From a virus: 64,000 nucleotides of DNA. The notes beneath the pieces are model-generated. The model had not been told where the DNA came from. It made no database searches and was given only the letters and a program-made list of their open reading frames with translations. The DNA lies in the IMG/VR virus record IMGVR_UViG_3300035156_000175, positions 1 through 64,000 of that record; one strand, 5' to 3'. Each line of letters starts with the position of its first letter. The stretch's first letter is position 1. The position numbers and the translations under genes are program-made. Shown piece after piece: positions 24,361 through 33,966 of the stretch.

Positions 24361-25066
24361 ATTCCCAGACGTAAGCGAAGGCGTAGCCATCGTGAGTAGG
24401 TCGGCCCTGCGCGAGACACAGTTTTACCGATGAGGAAGCTTTACCGCAGGCCAGAATAGCTGTGCCAAGACTTGGGTACTCTACGGCCAAAAGCGCCCCT
24501 GGATGCCAGACCAGTACAGGACGCTGTCGGCTTTCCCGAATAGCCAAGCGGGTCTGCTCAGGCATTGGGCGGCCAACACTGCGCGCCAGCAGTGCTTGAC
24601 GCTGGACTTCTGTAAAACCTCGACCCCTTAACGCTTCAGACAACCGACGACAAGTCTCGGCACTTCGCTTTGCTCCCAAGTGGGTTTGTCGCTGCACTTC
24701 GGCCGCGCGCAGACGACGTTCGATGCTGTGTTCAGCTGTGTGAATTACACCTCCGCCATTGGTAAGGTTGTATCCAGCCGGCTGCACGCACTGACGCTGT
24801 GCAATGTGCCAGACCTCCAGACTTGGCAGGTCCTGCACGGCTGCTTGCTGCAGCAGCGCGATGTCAAACGACTCAGGCCCCCGGGCGCGCACGGCACGGT
24901 GCAAGTAAGAGTCCGCCTTATCAGCCCCGCGATGCCTCATGCCCCGGCGGCGCACATTCTTGCTGATGCCTACATACTCCATGCCGTCGGCACGATGACG
25001 AATGACATAGACACCAGATACGGGCGGCAAACGTTTTGCTTCTGTTAATGGGTACCAAGTCAACAT
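24359..25066 (-). CDS. GIY-YIG homing endonuclease, paralog of 18861..19646
   Basis: GVYVIRH...YVGIS...R...H and YNLTNGGG motifs. The C-terminal ...HDGYAFAYVWE parallels ...GTQYAYVPK in the other copy. I prefer the ATG at 25066, preceded by TGAAAGAG. Confidence 0.8.
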   Translation of the reverse strand: MLTWYPLTEAKRLPPVSGVYVIRHRADGMEYVGISKNVRRRGMRHRGADKADSYLHRAVRARGPESFDIALLQQAAVQDLPSLEVWHIAQRQCVQPAGYNLTNGGGVIHTAEHSIERRLRAAEVQRQTHLGAKRSAETCRRLSEALRGRGFTEVQRQALLARSVGRPMPEQTRLAIRESRQRPVLVWHPGALLAVEYPSLGTAILACGKASSSVKLCLAQGRPTHDGYAFAYVWE

Positions 25067-25104
25067 GTGGATCTCTTTCAACTATTTGCTGGGATATTAC
25101 CACA

Positions 25105-25130
25105 AAGCACTTGACAGAAGGCAAGTGCTT
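25105..25130. promoter_or_regulatory. 9-bp inverted repeat AAGCACTTG-N8-CAAGTGCTT
   Basis: Read directly. It lies in the 120-bp gap between the divergent GIY-YIG and chaperone genes and contains TTGACA. Confidence 0.4.
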
Positions 25131-25187
25131 GACCACACTGTGATCTCGGCTTGATGCCGCCCACAACAAACTACACCGGAGTATATT

Positions 25188-25661
25188 TTGGATATTTTTA
25201 AGGCATTTGCTACCGACCCCAAACTCGAGCAGGAAGGCAAAGACTTCGACTTCGGCGGCGGCGTTACCCTGAAGATCGCGCGTAGCTACAATCCGACTTT
25301 CGTGCGCATGCTCAACAAGCAATTCGAGGCGCACAAGCACACCCTTGAGCTGAAGAGCACTCCTCAAGAAGTGGCGGCAGCCGAAGAATGCTCGAACAAG
25401 ATCATGGCCTATGTCATGTCCCGTTCGGTACTCCTGGGCTGGTCGGGTCCGGTCGAATATGACGGCGTGGCGGTATCGTATTCGCCAGAAGCCGCTGAAA
25501 AAATGCTGATGCTGAAAGACTTCCAGAAGGAAATCTCCAAGCGCGCGGACGAGTTCAAGAACTTCCGTATTTTCTCGGAGGACGCTGACGTAAAAAACTC
25601 GTCGACTACCTCAAGTGGGACCTCACCTGGGGTAGCAGCCTTGCCGACCTTGAACGTATAG
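25188..25661 (+). CDS. tail assembly chaperone (G-like)
   Basis: TTG start with a GGAG RBS. Sits upstream of the tape measure. Contains the slippery site at 25592-25598. Confidence 0.7.
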   Translation: MDIFKAFATDPKLEQEGKDFDFGGGVTLKIARSYNPTFVRMLNKQFEAHKHTLELKSTPQEVAAAEECSNKIMAYVMSRSVLLGWSGPVEYDGVAVSYSPEAAEKMLMLKDFQKEISKRADEFKNFRIFSEDADVKNSSTTSSGTSPGVAALPTLNV

Positions 25662-25942
25662 GTCGAGAAAACGGATTCACACCGAAGGCGCTGCTGTCGC
25701 GCCCGGTGCTCGACTTCCGGCAGTCTTATTACTACAACACCTATCAGTCCCTTTCCCGCAGCCGTAACGCGGGGATGGGTGGCGCGATGCCGATACCTGT
25801 GTCAGAGATCTTAGCATTCTGCAACTTGTTCTATATAGCTCAGCTCAACGAACGAGAGCGGATTTTCAGATACGTCAACAGCCTCGACAACGCCTACCTG
25901 GAGTACCAGGCAGAGAAGTCCAAAAGTAATTCCACTAAGTAA
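25188..25942 (+). CDS. tail assembly chaperone frameshift product (GT-like; -1 shift at 25592-25598)
   Basis: The heptamer A-AAA-AAC is in the zero frame (..gtA AAA AAC). The -1 frame is open from there (KKLVDYLKWDL...) through ORF 25706..25942. Confidence 0.6.
25592..25598 (+). other. -1 programmed frameshift slippery heptamer AAAAAAC
   Basis: X-XXY-YYZ pattern in the correct phase, about 60 nt before the G-like stop codon. Confidence 0.6.
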
Positions 25943-25996
25943 CTTGCTTCTGGGAAGCCTCCGTTGGATAATGCCAATCTAACGGAGGCTTTTCCT

Positions 25997-28900
25997 ATGA
26001 GCGACAACATCGACATCCCAATCAGTGCTTCCGGCGACGACGGCATCAACCGTCTGGTCTCGGCGCTCGACCGGCTTCACGCCGGCCTGGAAAAGCTGGG
26101 CAATGTCACCGGGATCAGCAAGCTCGAGCAGACCATGGCTGCCATGCAGCAGTCCATGACGACCGGCTTCACGGAGATGGCAGCGCTGGCCAAGAACGGC
26201 GGCAACGCCGCCGTGCAGGCCCTGCAGACGACCGCCACGCGCATGCAGGCGATCGAGCAGAAGCGCGACACCGAGCTGAACGCGATGCGTCAGCGCCAGT
26301 ACGCCCTTGAGCAGAAGCGCGACACCGAGCTGAATGCCATGCGGCAAAAGCAAACCGCTGATTACGTCAAATTCTGGGAGACCCAGGTCGCCGCCATGGA
26401 GCGCGGCGCCGCGCGCCAGTCGGAGATCCAGCAGAAGCGCGACACCGAGACTCACAACGCCGCCCAAAAAGCCGCCGCAGCCCAGCGCGATATCCAGCAG
26501 AAGCGGGATATGGAAGAATATCGCGCCGCGCAAACGCAGGCCCAGCAGATGATTGCCCTGCAGCAGAAGCGCGACATGGAAATGTACACCATGCGCGAGA
26601 AGGCGGCGGCCCAGGCGGCCAGCGCCGCGGAGAAGCAGCGCCTGCTCAACACGCAATTCCAGACCTCCAGCCCGGCAGCACAGCTGCGCACCGCTACCCA
26701 GGCACAAGCCTACGGCAGCATGGGCGGCAATGCCTTTGAGCGTTTCGGCAGCCAAGCCGCGACAGCGGACATCCGCACGCTGCAAGCAGCGCACGACCGG
26801 CTGCAGCAGACCTTGGGCCGTACCACACAAGCGACGGCTGGCCACAACGACATGATGCGTGAGGCACACGGCTTGGCGCGGGGCCTGGCGGGTTCCTTGG
26901 GTGGCCTGTGGCTGACCTACGGCTCGGTCATTCCGCTGCTCGCCGGCGCGGCGATCGCCAGCTCGCTCAAACAGATCGTCACCGTAGGCAAAGAAGTCGA
27001 GCACCAGCTGAACTTCGTCTATGCCTTGAGCAAAGAAAATCAAGGCGTGAATCTGGACCAGTTCCTGACCATCACGGACAATGCCCTGCGCTCGGTAGGT
27101 GAAGCGGCGAACGCCATGCGCGCGCTGGCGCAGAACGGCCTTGAAGCGTCCCAGGCCCTGCAGGTCCTGCCAAGTATCCTCGACCTGGCCACTGTCGGTG
27201 AGATGAACGTCAGCCAGGCGGCTATCGCTGCAACCGGCGCCGTCAGCGCATTTGGCTTGTCCTTCGCTGAGGCCGGCCGAGTCGCGGACATCTTTGCCAA
27301 GACCGCTGCAACGTCCAACACCTCGGTGATCGCCATCACCGAGTCGATGAAGCAGGCTTCGACGGTAGCGTCCCTGTTCAAGGTGTCGATCGAGGAGACC
27401 GCCGGCGTGCTGGGCGTGCTGGCCAAGATCAACATCACCGGCGGCGCGGCGGGTACGTCGATGACCAACATGCTCACCGGCCTGTACGAGCCAACAGAGA
27501 AAGGCAAGAAGGCCCTGAAAGAGCTGGGCCTTGAGACGACTACTGCCACCGGCGCCCTTAAGCCGTTCACCTTGCTGATGGAAGAGATGCGCACCAAGCT
27601 GGCAGGGTTTAATGACGCCGCGAAGGTGGACATCCTGGGCAGCATTTTCACTATCCGTGGTGTGAAGTCCGTGCAGCAGGTGCAGGAAAATCTGGGCGAG
27701 TACAAGAAGAAAGTCGCTGAGGCGACGACCGCGACCGGCTACATGCGCGACGTCATGATGAAGCTGGAGAACGACACCACCGGTGCCTTCTCTCGTCTGG
27801 GTGTTGTGATTGAAAACACATTTGCGCGCAGCTTTGCGCAGGCTCAACCGTACGTGCAGCAGATGGCTCTGCACTTGGCCGACATGTTCAAGGGCGGCAG
27901 CGCTGAGAGCAGCATCGGCAATTTTGCAACAAACATCGCCCGCCTGAGCGGGGCGCTGGTCGAGAACATCGGCGTTGTGGCCACCGGCGCAGCAGGTTAC
28001 CTAGCTTACCGCCTGGGCATGGCCGCCTTGGCGCCGGTGATCACTACAGCTATGGCTGCCACTACCGCGTCTACCGCGGCGCAGGCCGCCGCCACTGCTG
28101 CCTCTATCGCCCACGCCTCGGCTACTGCGGCGGGTGCCGGCACGTCCGCCCTCTTTACGACTGCAATGCAGACTCAGGCTGCGGCTACCGCTGCAGCCAC
28201 CACGGCCGCCTCCGCCTGGGGCGCTGTGCTGCTGCCTGTGATCGGCGCCGTCGCCTTGGCTATCGCTGGTGCAGCGGCACTCTGGCTGTTGTTCCGCGAC
28301 AACACGGATGAGGCAAACACCGCCAACGTCCGCATGAGCAACACCTTGCACGTGGTCAATGAGCAGCTGGATAAGGAAATTGTTCGCCTGAAGGAGGCGA
28401 ACGCGCTGTGGGATGAGAAAAACGGCAAGTACCGTGAGCAGGGTTCCGTTACGCCTGAGATGAAGCTGCAGGCGCAGACCCAGGTTGAGAAGCTGGAAAA
28501 GCGCATTCGTGCTGACGGCATGGACCCACTCAAGGTGCTGGCTAACCGCCCGACGATCGATCCGAACACCGGCGTTCTGCAGCGCGGCGAGCACTGGCAC
28601 GCCCTTGGTGAAGAGCTGAAAAAGGCTCAGGCCAATCTGAAAGGCTTCATTGATACGGAAGCCAAGATCAACAAGGAAAAGCTGCCGATGACGGCGGCCG
28701 AGAAGGCGCGCAACCTGACCTCGCAAACGCGCGAAGATCTGGAAAAATTCGCGCTCAACGGCACGGAGAAAGACAGCAAGGGCAAGTTCTACCAGCCAGA
28801 CGCCGGCATCCGCGCCAAGTACCTGGAAGCAGACCGCCTCAAAGCCGAGCTGCTGGATCCGGCTAAGCGCCTGAATGTCACCACGCCTGCAGGCGCGGAA

Positions 28901-31900
28901 GCCGAGATGAAGCGTATCGACGGTATCCGCACCTCGCTCAAAGTGCTGCGCGATGAGGTTAATGCTTCGCAGGCTGGCCGCGCCACGAAAGGCCGCCCCG
29001 GGACCGGTACCGGCGACACGGCTACTTCCGCCGCGCGCGACGCAGCGAATGCCGAAGTGGCGCGCCTGCAAGGTCTGCATGACCTGCAGCGCCAGGACTC
29101 GTCGGCAACTCTCGCTGAGGCGAAAGAGAAGTATCGCCGAGGTGAGCTGGGCGACTTGGGCATGATCAACATCGAGCTGCGTGAGAAGCTGGCGCTGGAC
29201 AAGAGCCAGCTCGAAGTGGCGCGCGCGCAATCGGCAGTGCCGGGCGTGAAAGGTGGCCGCGAGCAGCGTTTTGACAACAAGGCTGCCCAGGCGGCCAAGC
29301 AGATTGAGATCGACACGGCCGCAGCCGCCAGCAAGAAACAAACGGTCCTGGCCGAAATGGCTGAGGATGAGCGCGCCTATACGGCGGAGACGCTGCGTGA
29401 CCAGGGCAAGTACCAGGCCGCATATCTGTCGGACTGGGAAGCCAAGAACAAGAGCACCGTTGATCGTATCGCAGCTGATCGCGCAGCGGCCTCGTCGATC
29501 GGAGATACCGAGACCGTCAAAATGCTCGACACCTACTCGGCATTCCTTAAGCGCATGCAAACTGCAGGCAGTAACGCAGCACTTGGCAAAGAGCTGGTGC
29601 GTAGTTTTGACCTGGAGATGGAAAAGCTGCAGAGCAAACTGGACGAAATCGGTGCCAACTCTGGCCCAGGTACCGGCTTGGCTGGTTACTTTGAAAACGC
29701 CCTGGCGGCCCAGCAAGCATATGCCGCGGCCCTTCCGCAGCTGGAAGAGAAGCAGCGTCTGCTGGCCGAAAACGCCAAGTCCGGGAGCCCGGCAGAGCAG
29801 AAGGACGCTCTCGAGCGTCTGCGCGCGATCCAGGCTGAAGCGGCCAATATGCGCAACATCTGGGTCGACATGGCCACCGTCATCGAGAACGGCCTGACCA
29901 ATGCCTTCGGCAAGGCCGGCAGCGCGCTGGGCAAGCTGCTGAACTCGACCATCTCCTTCGGCGCCAAGCGCCAGCAGATCGAGGACAAGTTTAACAAGTC
30001 GGACAAGGGCGGCAAGGCGCAGCTCGACCGCATCAACGAGACGACCAACGCGCAGATCAACTCGTACGCCGAGATGACGAGCGCGGCCAAGGGCTTCTTT
30101 AAAGAAGGCAGCACTGGCTACGCCGTGCTTGGCGCCGCAGAGAAAGCCTTCCGCGCGATCGAGATCGGTCTGGCCATTCAGGCAGCTGCCACCAAGATGG
30201 GCCTGGTCGAAGCCTTCACCGGGCTGTTCGTGGCCGGCAAAGCGACGGAGACGGCAGCAACTGTCGCCAGCGTCGCGCCGGACGTCGCCGCGTCTATGGC
30301 CAAGGGTCAGGCATCGGCCGCCGCGGCTGTCGCCAATCAGGGCAAGGGCGAGCCGTACACCGCCTGGGCGCGGATGGCCGCTATGGCTGTGGCGATGGGC
30401 GCCCTGGGCTTTGTGGTGTCGGGCGCCGGCGGCAAGGGTTCGGGCGGCGGCCGCACTGCGGCTGAAGAGCAGAAGATCCAGGGTACTGGTACGGTCTTTG
30501 GCGACTCGGCCGCACAGTCCAACTCGATCAAGAACTCGCTCGATCGCATGGAGAAATACTCCGGCGACCTGGTGCCAATCAACCGCGGCATGCTGTCGGC
30601 GCTGCAGGCGATCGAAGCCTCGATGACTGGTCTGGCCAATCTGGTGGTGCGCACGCCAGGCGCGGTCAACGGCGAGAACTTCAACATCCAGGAAGGCACT
30701 GTCAAGCAGGGCGTCGGCGGCATCTTAGGCAAGATCTTCGCACCGCTGTCCAACCTGTGGGGTAAGACCAAGCAGACGGTAGTCGACTCCGGCGTGCAGT
30801 TTGGTGGCAGCGTGCGCGGTCTGCAGCAGGGCCGCGGCTTCAACCAGTACGCCAGCGTCGACACGACCAAGTCGAGCTGGTTCGGTCTGAGCAAGAAGAC
30901 CTCGAACTCGGTCCAGACCCAGGGCCTGGACGGAGATCTCTCGAGCCAGTTCGGCAAGGTCTTCAGCGATCTGGAGAAGGCGCTCGGCCAGGCCGCGGTC
31001 AGCATGGGCGGTACCGTTGCTCAGGTGACGACGATCCTCGACGGCCTGAACATCGACCAGTCGAAGATCTCGCTCAAGGGCCTGTCTGGCGACGCGCTGA
31101 CGCAGGCGCTGAACGCCACGCTGTCCAAGGCCATGGACCAGATGGCATCGGCTGTCTTCCCGGCGCTCGACACCTTCCGTCAGGTCGGCGAAGGCTACGC
31201 TGAAACCGTGATGCGTCTGGCGACGAACTATGGCGTGCTCGATGCCGCGATGGCAAGCATCGGCAGTACCTTCGGCGCCACTGGCCTGAGCAGCCTGGTC
31301 GCGCGCGAGCGCCTGATCGGCATGGCCGGCGGCATCGACAAGCTGTCAGAGCAGACCAAGAGCTTTGCCGACAACTTCATGACGGAGGCAGAGCGACTTG
31401 CCCCGGTGCAGAAGTATGTGAACGAAGAGCTGGCACGCCTGGGCATGTCTGGCCTGAAGACACGCGACCAGTTCAAGCAGGCTGTGATCGGTCTGGCTGA
31501 CAGCGGCGCTCTGGCGACGGAAGCCGGCGCTAAGACCTACACCAGCCTGCTGGCGCTGCAAGCCGCGTTCGCGGAAGTGACACCACCGATTGAGGACTTG
31601 ACCAAGTCGATCGCTGACATTGCAAATGAGGCGAAGGACCTGCAGGACCAGCTCGACGAGCTGACGATGACGCGCGTGCAGCTGCTGGCTAAAGAACGTG
31701 CACAGCTTGCTCCGTCGAACCGCGCGCTGTTCGACCAGATCCAGCGTGCCAAGCTGGTGGTTGACGCCAAGGACCGCCTGAACGAAGCCTACGAGCGTGA
31801 GAACCAGAACATCGAAGACACGATCGATCGCATCGGTGGTCTGTCCTCGAGCTGGAAAACGTTCCGTGACGGTCTGGTCCTAGGCCAGCAGTCGACCCTG

Positions 31901-32494
31901 ACGCCAGAGCAGAAGTACGCGGAGGCGCGCCGGCAGTTCGACACCACGGTAACGGCCGCGCGCGGCGGCGACACCCAGGCGCAGGAGCGTTTCGAGGAAG
32001 TGGCTAACAACTTCCTGCAGGCCTCGCGCACGGTCAACGCTTCCGGCTCGGGCTACACCGCTGACTTTAACCGGGTGCTGTCCACGACCGACCAGGCGAT
32101 CCAGTGGGCCGCGCAGCAGGTCGACGTGGCCAAGGCTAGCTTGGCCGCACTCAACGCTCAGGTGTTTGGCCTGATCGATGTCAAGGTGGCAGTGCTGAGC
32201 GTGGCAGACGCGCTGAAAGAACTGACGCGCTTGCAGCTTGACTACAACGCCAACGTGCCGCCAGTCACGCCGCCGCCGGCTTCGACCAACACCGGTGGGC
32301 TGTCGCGCGAAGACATCAACGCTATCGTGGCCAGCATCGGTCGCCTGCAGCGCGTCGGTGAGACGGCGGCCGCAGCGCAGATCGATGCAGCATTCGCTTC
32401 GACGAGCGCTGCGGCGGCTGAGACCCGGGAAGCACTCGAGCACCAGACCCGTACCGGGGCCTGGAATAAAAACAACATGACCAATATCCAATGA
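25997..32494 (+). CDS. tape measure protein (2165 aa)
   Basis: Very long ORF downstream of the chaperones. GGAGG RBS then ATG at 25997. Coiled-coil and Ala-rich content, internal hydrophobic segments and QQKRD repeats. Confidence 0.9.
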   Translation: MSDNIDIPISASGDDGINRLVSALDRLHAGLEKLGNVTGISKLEQTMAAMQQSMTTGFTEMAALAKNGGNAAVQALQTTATRMQAIEQKRDTELNAMRQRQYALEQKRDTELNAMRQKQTADYVKFWETQVAAMERGAARQSEIQQKRDTETHNAAQKAAAAQRDIQQKRDMEEYRAAQTQAQQMIALQQKRDMEMYTMREKAAAQAASAAEKQRLLNTQFQTSSPAAQLRTATQAQAYGSMGGNAFERFGSQAATADIRTLQAAHDRLQQTLGRTTQATAGHNDMMREAHGLARGLAGSLGGLWLTYGSVIPLLAGAAIASSLKQIVTVGKEVEHQLNFVYALSKENQGVNLDQFLTITDNALRSVGEAANAMRALAQNGLEASQALQVLPSILDLATVGEMNVSQAAIAATGAVSAFGLSFAEAGRVADIFAKTAATSNTSVIAITESMKQASTVASLFKVSIEETAGVLGVLAKINITGGAAGTSMTNMLTGLYEPTEKGKKALKELGLETTTATGALKPFTLLMEEMRTKLAGFNDAAKVDILGSIFTIRGVKSVQQVQENLGEYKKKVAEATTATGYMRDVMMKLENDTTGAFSRLGVVIENTFARSFAQAQPYVQQMALHLADMFKGGSAESSIGNFATNIARLSGALVENIGVVATGAAGYLAYRLGMAALAPVITTAMAATTASTAAQAAATAASIAHASATAAGAGTSALFTTAMQTQAAATAAATTAASAWGAVLLPVIGAVALAIAGAAALWLLFRDNTDEANTANVRMSNTLHVVNEQLDKEIVRLKEANALWDEKNGKYREQGSVTPEMKLQAQTQVEKLEKRIRADGMDPLKVLANRPTIDPNTGVLQRGEHWHALGEELKKAQANLKGFIDTEAKINKEKLPMTAAEKARNLTSQTREDLEKFALNGTEKDSKGKFYQPDAGIRAKYLEADRLKAELLDPAKRLNVTTPAGAEAEMKRIDGIRTSLKVLRDEVNASQAGRATKGRPGTGTGDTATSAARDAANAEVARLQGLHDLQRQDSSATLAEAKEKYRRGELGDLGMINIELREKLALDKSQLEVARAQSAVPGVKGGREQRFDNKAAQAAKQIEIDTAAAASKKQTVLAEMAEDERAYTAETLRDQGKYQAAYLSDWEAKNKSTVDRIAADRAAASSIGDTETVKMLDTYSAFLKRMQTAGSNAALGKELVRSFDLEMEKLQSKLDEIGANSGPGTGLAGYFENALAAQQAYAAALPQLEEKQRLLAENAKSGSPAEQKDALERLRAIQAEAANMRNIWVDMATVIENGLTNAFGKAGSALGKLLNSTISFGAKRQQIEDKFNKSDKGGKAQLDRINETTNAQINSYAEMTSAAKGFFKEGSTGYAVLGAAEKAFRAIEIGLAIQAAATKMGLVEAFTGLFVAGKATETAATVASVAPDVAASMAKGQASAAAAVANQGKGEPYTAWARMAAMAVAMGALGFVVSGAGGKGSGGGRTAAEEQKIQGTGTVFGDSAAQSNSIKNSLDRMEKYSGDLVPINRGMLSALQAIEASMTGLANLVVRTPGAVNGENFNIQEGTVKQGVGGILGKIFAPLSNLWGKTKQTVVDSGVQFGGSVRGLQQGRGFNQYASVDTTKSSWFGLSKKTSNSVQTQGLDGDLSSQFGKVFSDLEKALGQAAVSMGGTVAQVTTILDGLNIDQSKISLKGLSGDALTQALNATLSKAMDQMASAVFPALDTFRQVGEGYAETVMRLATNYGVLDAAMASIGSTFGATGLSSLVARERLIGMAGGIDKLSEQTKSFADNFMTEAERLAPVQKYVNEELARLGMSGLKTRDQFKQAVIGLADSGALATEAGAKTYTSLLALQAAFAEVTPPIEDLTKSIADIANEAKDLQDQLDELTMTRVQLLAKERAQLAPSNRALFDQIQRAKLVVDAKDRLNEAYERENQNIEDTIDRIGGLSSSWKTFRDGLVLGQQSTLTPEQKYAEARRQFDTTVTAARGGDTQAQERFEEVANNFLQASRTVNASGSGYTADFNRVLSTTDQAIQWAAQQVDVAKASLAALNAQVFGLIDVKVAVLSVADALKELTRLQLDYNANVPPVTPPPASTNTGGLSREDINAIVASIGRLQRVGETAAAAQIDAAFASTSAAAAETREALEHQTRTGAWNKNNMTNIQ
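26255..26590 (+). repeat. tandem and dispersed (E/Q)QKRD(T/M)E repeats within the tape measure gene
   Basis: A 54-bp tandem duplication starts at 26255 and 26309. Further CAGCAGAAGCG(C/G)GA copies occur at 26429, 26495 and 26561. Confidence 0.8.
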
Positions 32495-33966
32495 AAACAG
32501 ACGCAGAATGGAAAGCATGGCTGGCAGACGACGGGGCTCTCCCCGTCGTTCTGGCGGAGGTGACGGTGCGAGTCTCTGGCGCAGGGGCGGATACTGTTCG
32601 CTATCTGTCGACTGACAATTTTGTCAGCGCCCCCACCGACACGCCGGCGAACCAAAAGTACGAAGCGCTGCTGTCCAAGGACTTGACGGTGAACGAAAGC
32701 CTGGCCATCGATTCGCTGGTGGCGGCCATGTCGATTGGCGACATCGGCATCACCAATCGCGACGGTGAGCAGGACGACTGGCTCTTTGACATCTGGGCGA
32801 ATCGCTCGATCGTCCTGCGCTGTGGAGACTTGCGCTGGACGCGCGACGACATGCGGATTGTATTTGACGGCACAAACGCGGACATCGGCGCCAAGAGCCG
32901 CCAAGAGTTGGGGCTCAAGCTGCGCGACAAGCTGTTGCGTCTGAACGCCTCAGCCACGGAGGCCAAAGTGGCGGCCACCGGCGTGAGCCAGGACGTGTTG
33001 ATTCCGCAGCCTTTCGGCGAGGTGATGAACATGACGCCGGTGGCGATCGGCCCGAATGAGTGGCAGGTCAGCGCCACGCCGATGGAAGGCATCACTGAGG
33101 TGCGGGACAATGGCGTGCCAGTCGTATTCACGCAGACCGTCTCCACGGGCAAGTTCACGCTGAACCAGGCGCCAGAAGGCGCCATCACCTGCGATGTGCA
33201 GGGCGACAAGCCGGCCGGCGTCTACATCAACACCGTGGCCAAAATTATCGAGCGCCTTGTGACGGGCTTCGGCAAAGCCAGCGATCGCTTCACGACGGCC
33301 GATCTCGACACCGCGCAGCTGGCGACCTTCAATACGGCGCACCCGCAGCCGGTAGGCTTTGTCATCACGGACCGCACGAACGTGCTCAACGTCTGCCGGG
33401 ACCTTGCCGGCAGTGTCGGCGCCCAGGTATCGATGTCGCGCGCGGGCAAGCTGCGGCTGCTGAAGATCCAGGCACCCGGCACCTCAAAGATGACCATCAC
33501 GGCGACCCACATGGTGGAAGGCAGCCTGACGCCAACGACCCGCACGGACGTCGTGGCGGCCGTCAAGCTGGGCTTCAGCCGGAACTGGACAGAGCAGCCA
33601 GGACTGACTACTGGCCTGTCGGCGACCGACAAGGAAGACCTTGCGCGCAAGTGGTCAGAAGCATACGACGAAGATCTGACGGTGGCCTCCATCTACAAGC
33701 TTTCCACAGAACCTGTCCAGCAGGATACAATGTTGCTCAAACGCACGCACGCAGAGGCAGAAGCCACGCGCCTGCTGAACTTGCGCAAGGTGCCGCGGAC
33801 GGTCTACCAGTTCACCGGATACGCCTCGCTGTTCGACCTTGAGCTGGGCGACACCGTCACCTTGCAGCATTCGCGCTTTGGCTTGGCCGCTGGTGTGCCT
33901 GGCATCGTGGTTTCACTGAACCTGTCCTGGGCGCGCCGGCGCGTCACTGTGGGAGTATTGATTTAA
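32491..33966 (+). CDS. minor or distal tail protein (491 aa)
   Basis: ATGA overlap with the tape measure stop. Call is positional. Confidence 0.6.
   Translation: MKTDAEWKAWLADDGALPVVLAEVTVRVSGAGADTVRYLSTDNFVSAPTDTPANQKYEALLSKDLTVNESLAIDSLVAAMSIGDIGITNRDGEQDDWLFDIWANRSIVLRCGDLRWTRDDMRIVFDGTNADIGAKSRQELGLKLRDKLLRLNASATEAKVAATGVSQDVLIPQPFGEVMNMTPVAIGPNEWQVSATPMEGITEVRDNGVPVVFTQTVSTGKFTLNQAPEGAITCDVQGDKPAGVYINTVAKIIERLVTGFGKASDRFTTADLDTAQLATFNTAHPQPVGFVITDRTNVLNVCRDLAGSVGAQVSMSRAGKLRLLKIQAPGTSKMTITATHMVEGSLTPTTRTDVVAAVKLGFSRNWTEQPGLTTGLSATDKEDLARKWSEAYDEDLTVASIYKLSTEPVQQDTMLLKRTHAEAEATRLLNLRKVPRTVYQFTGYASLFDLELGDTVTLQHSRFGLAAGVPGIVVSLNLSWARRRVTVGVLI

Noticed and set aside
25979-29716. 631-aa and 571-aa ORFs antisense to the tape measure gene
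   Set aside because: These are mirror-frame artefacts of an Ala/Gln/Lys-rich, GC-rich gene. The translations are Arg/Gly/Leu-rich and repetitive.
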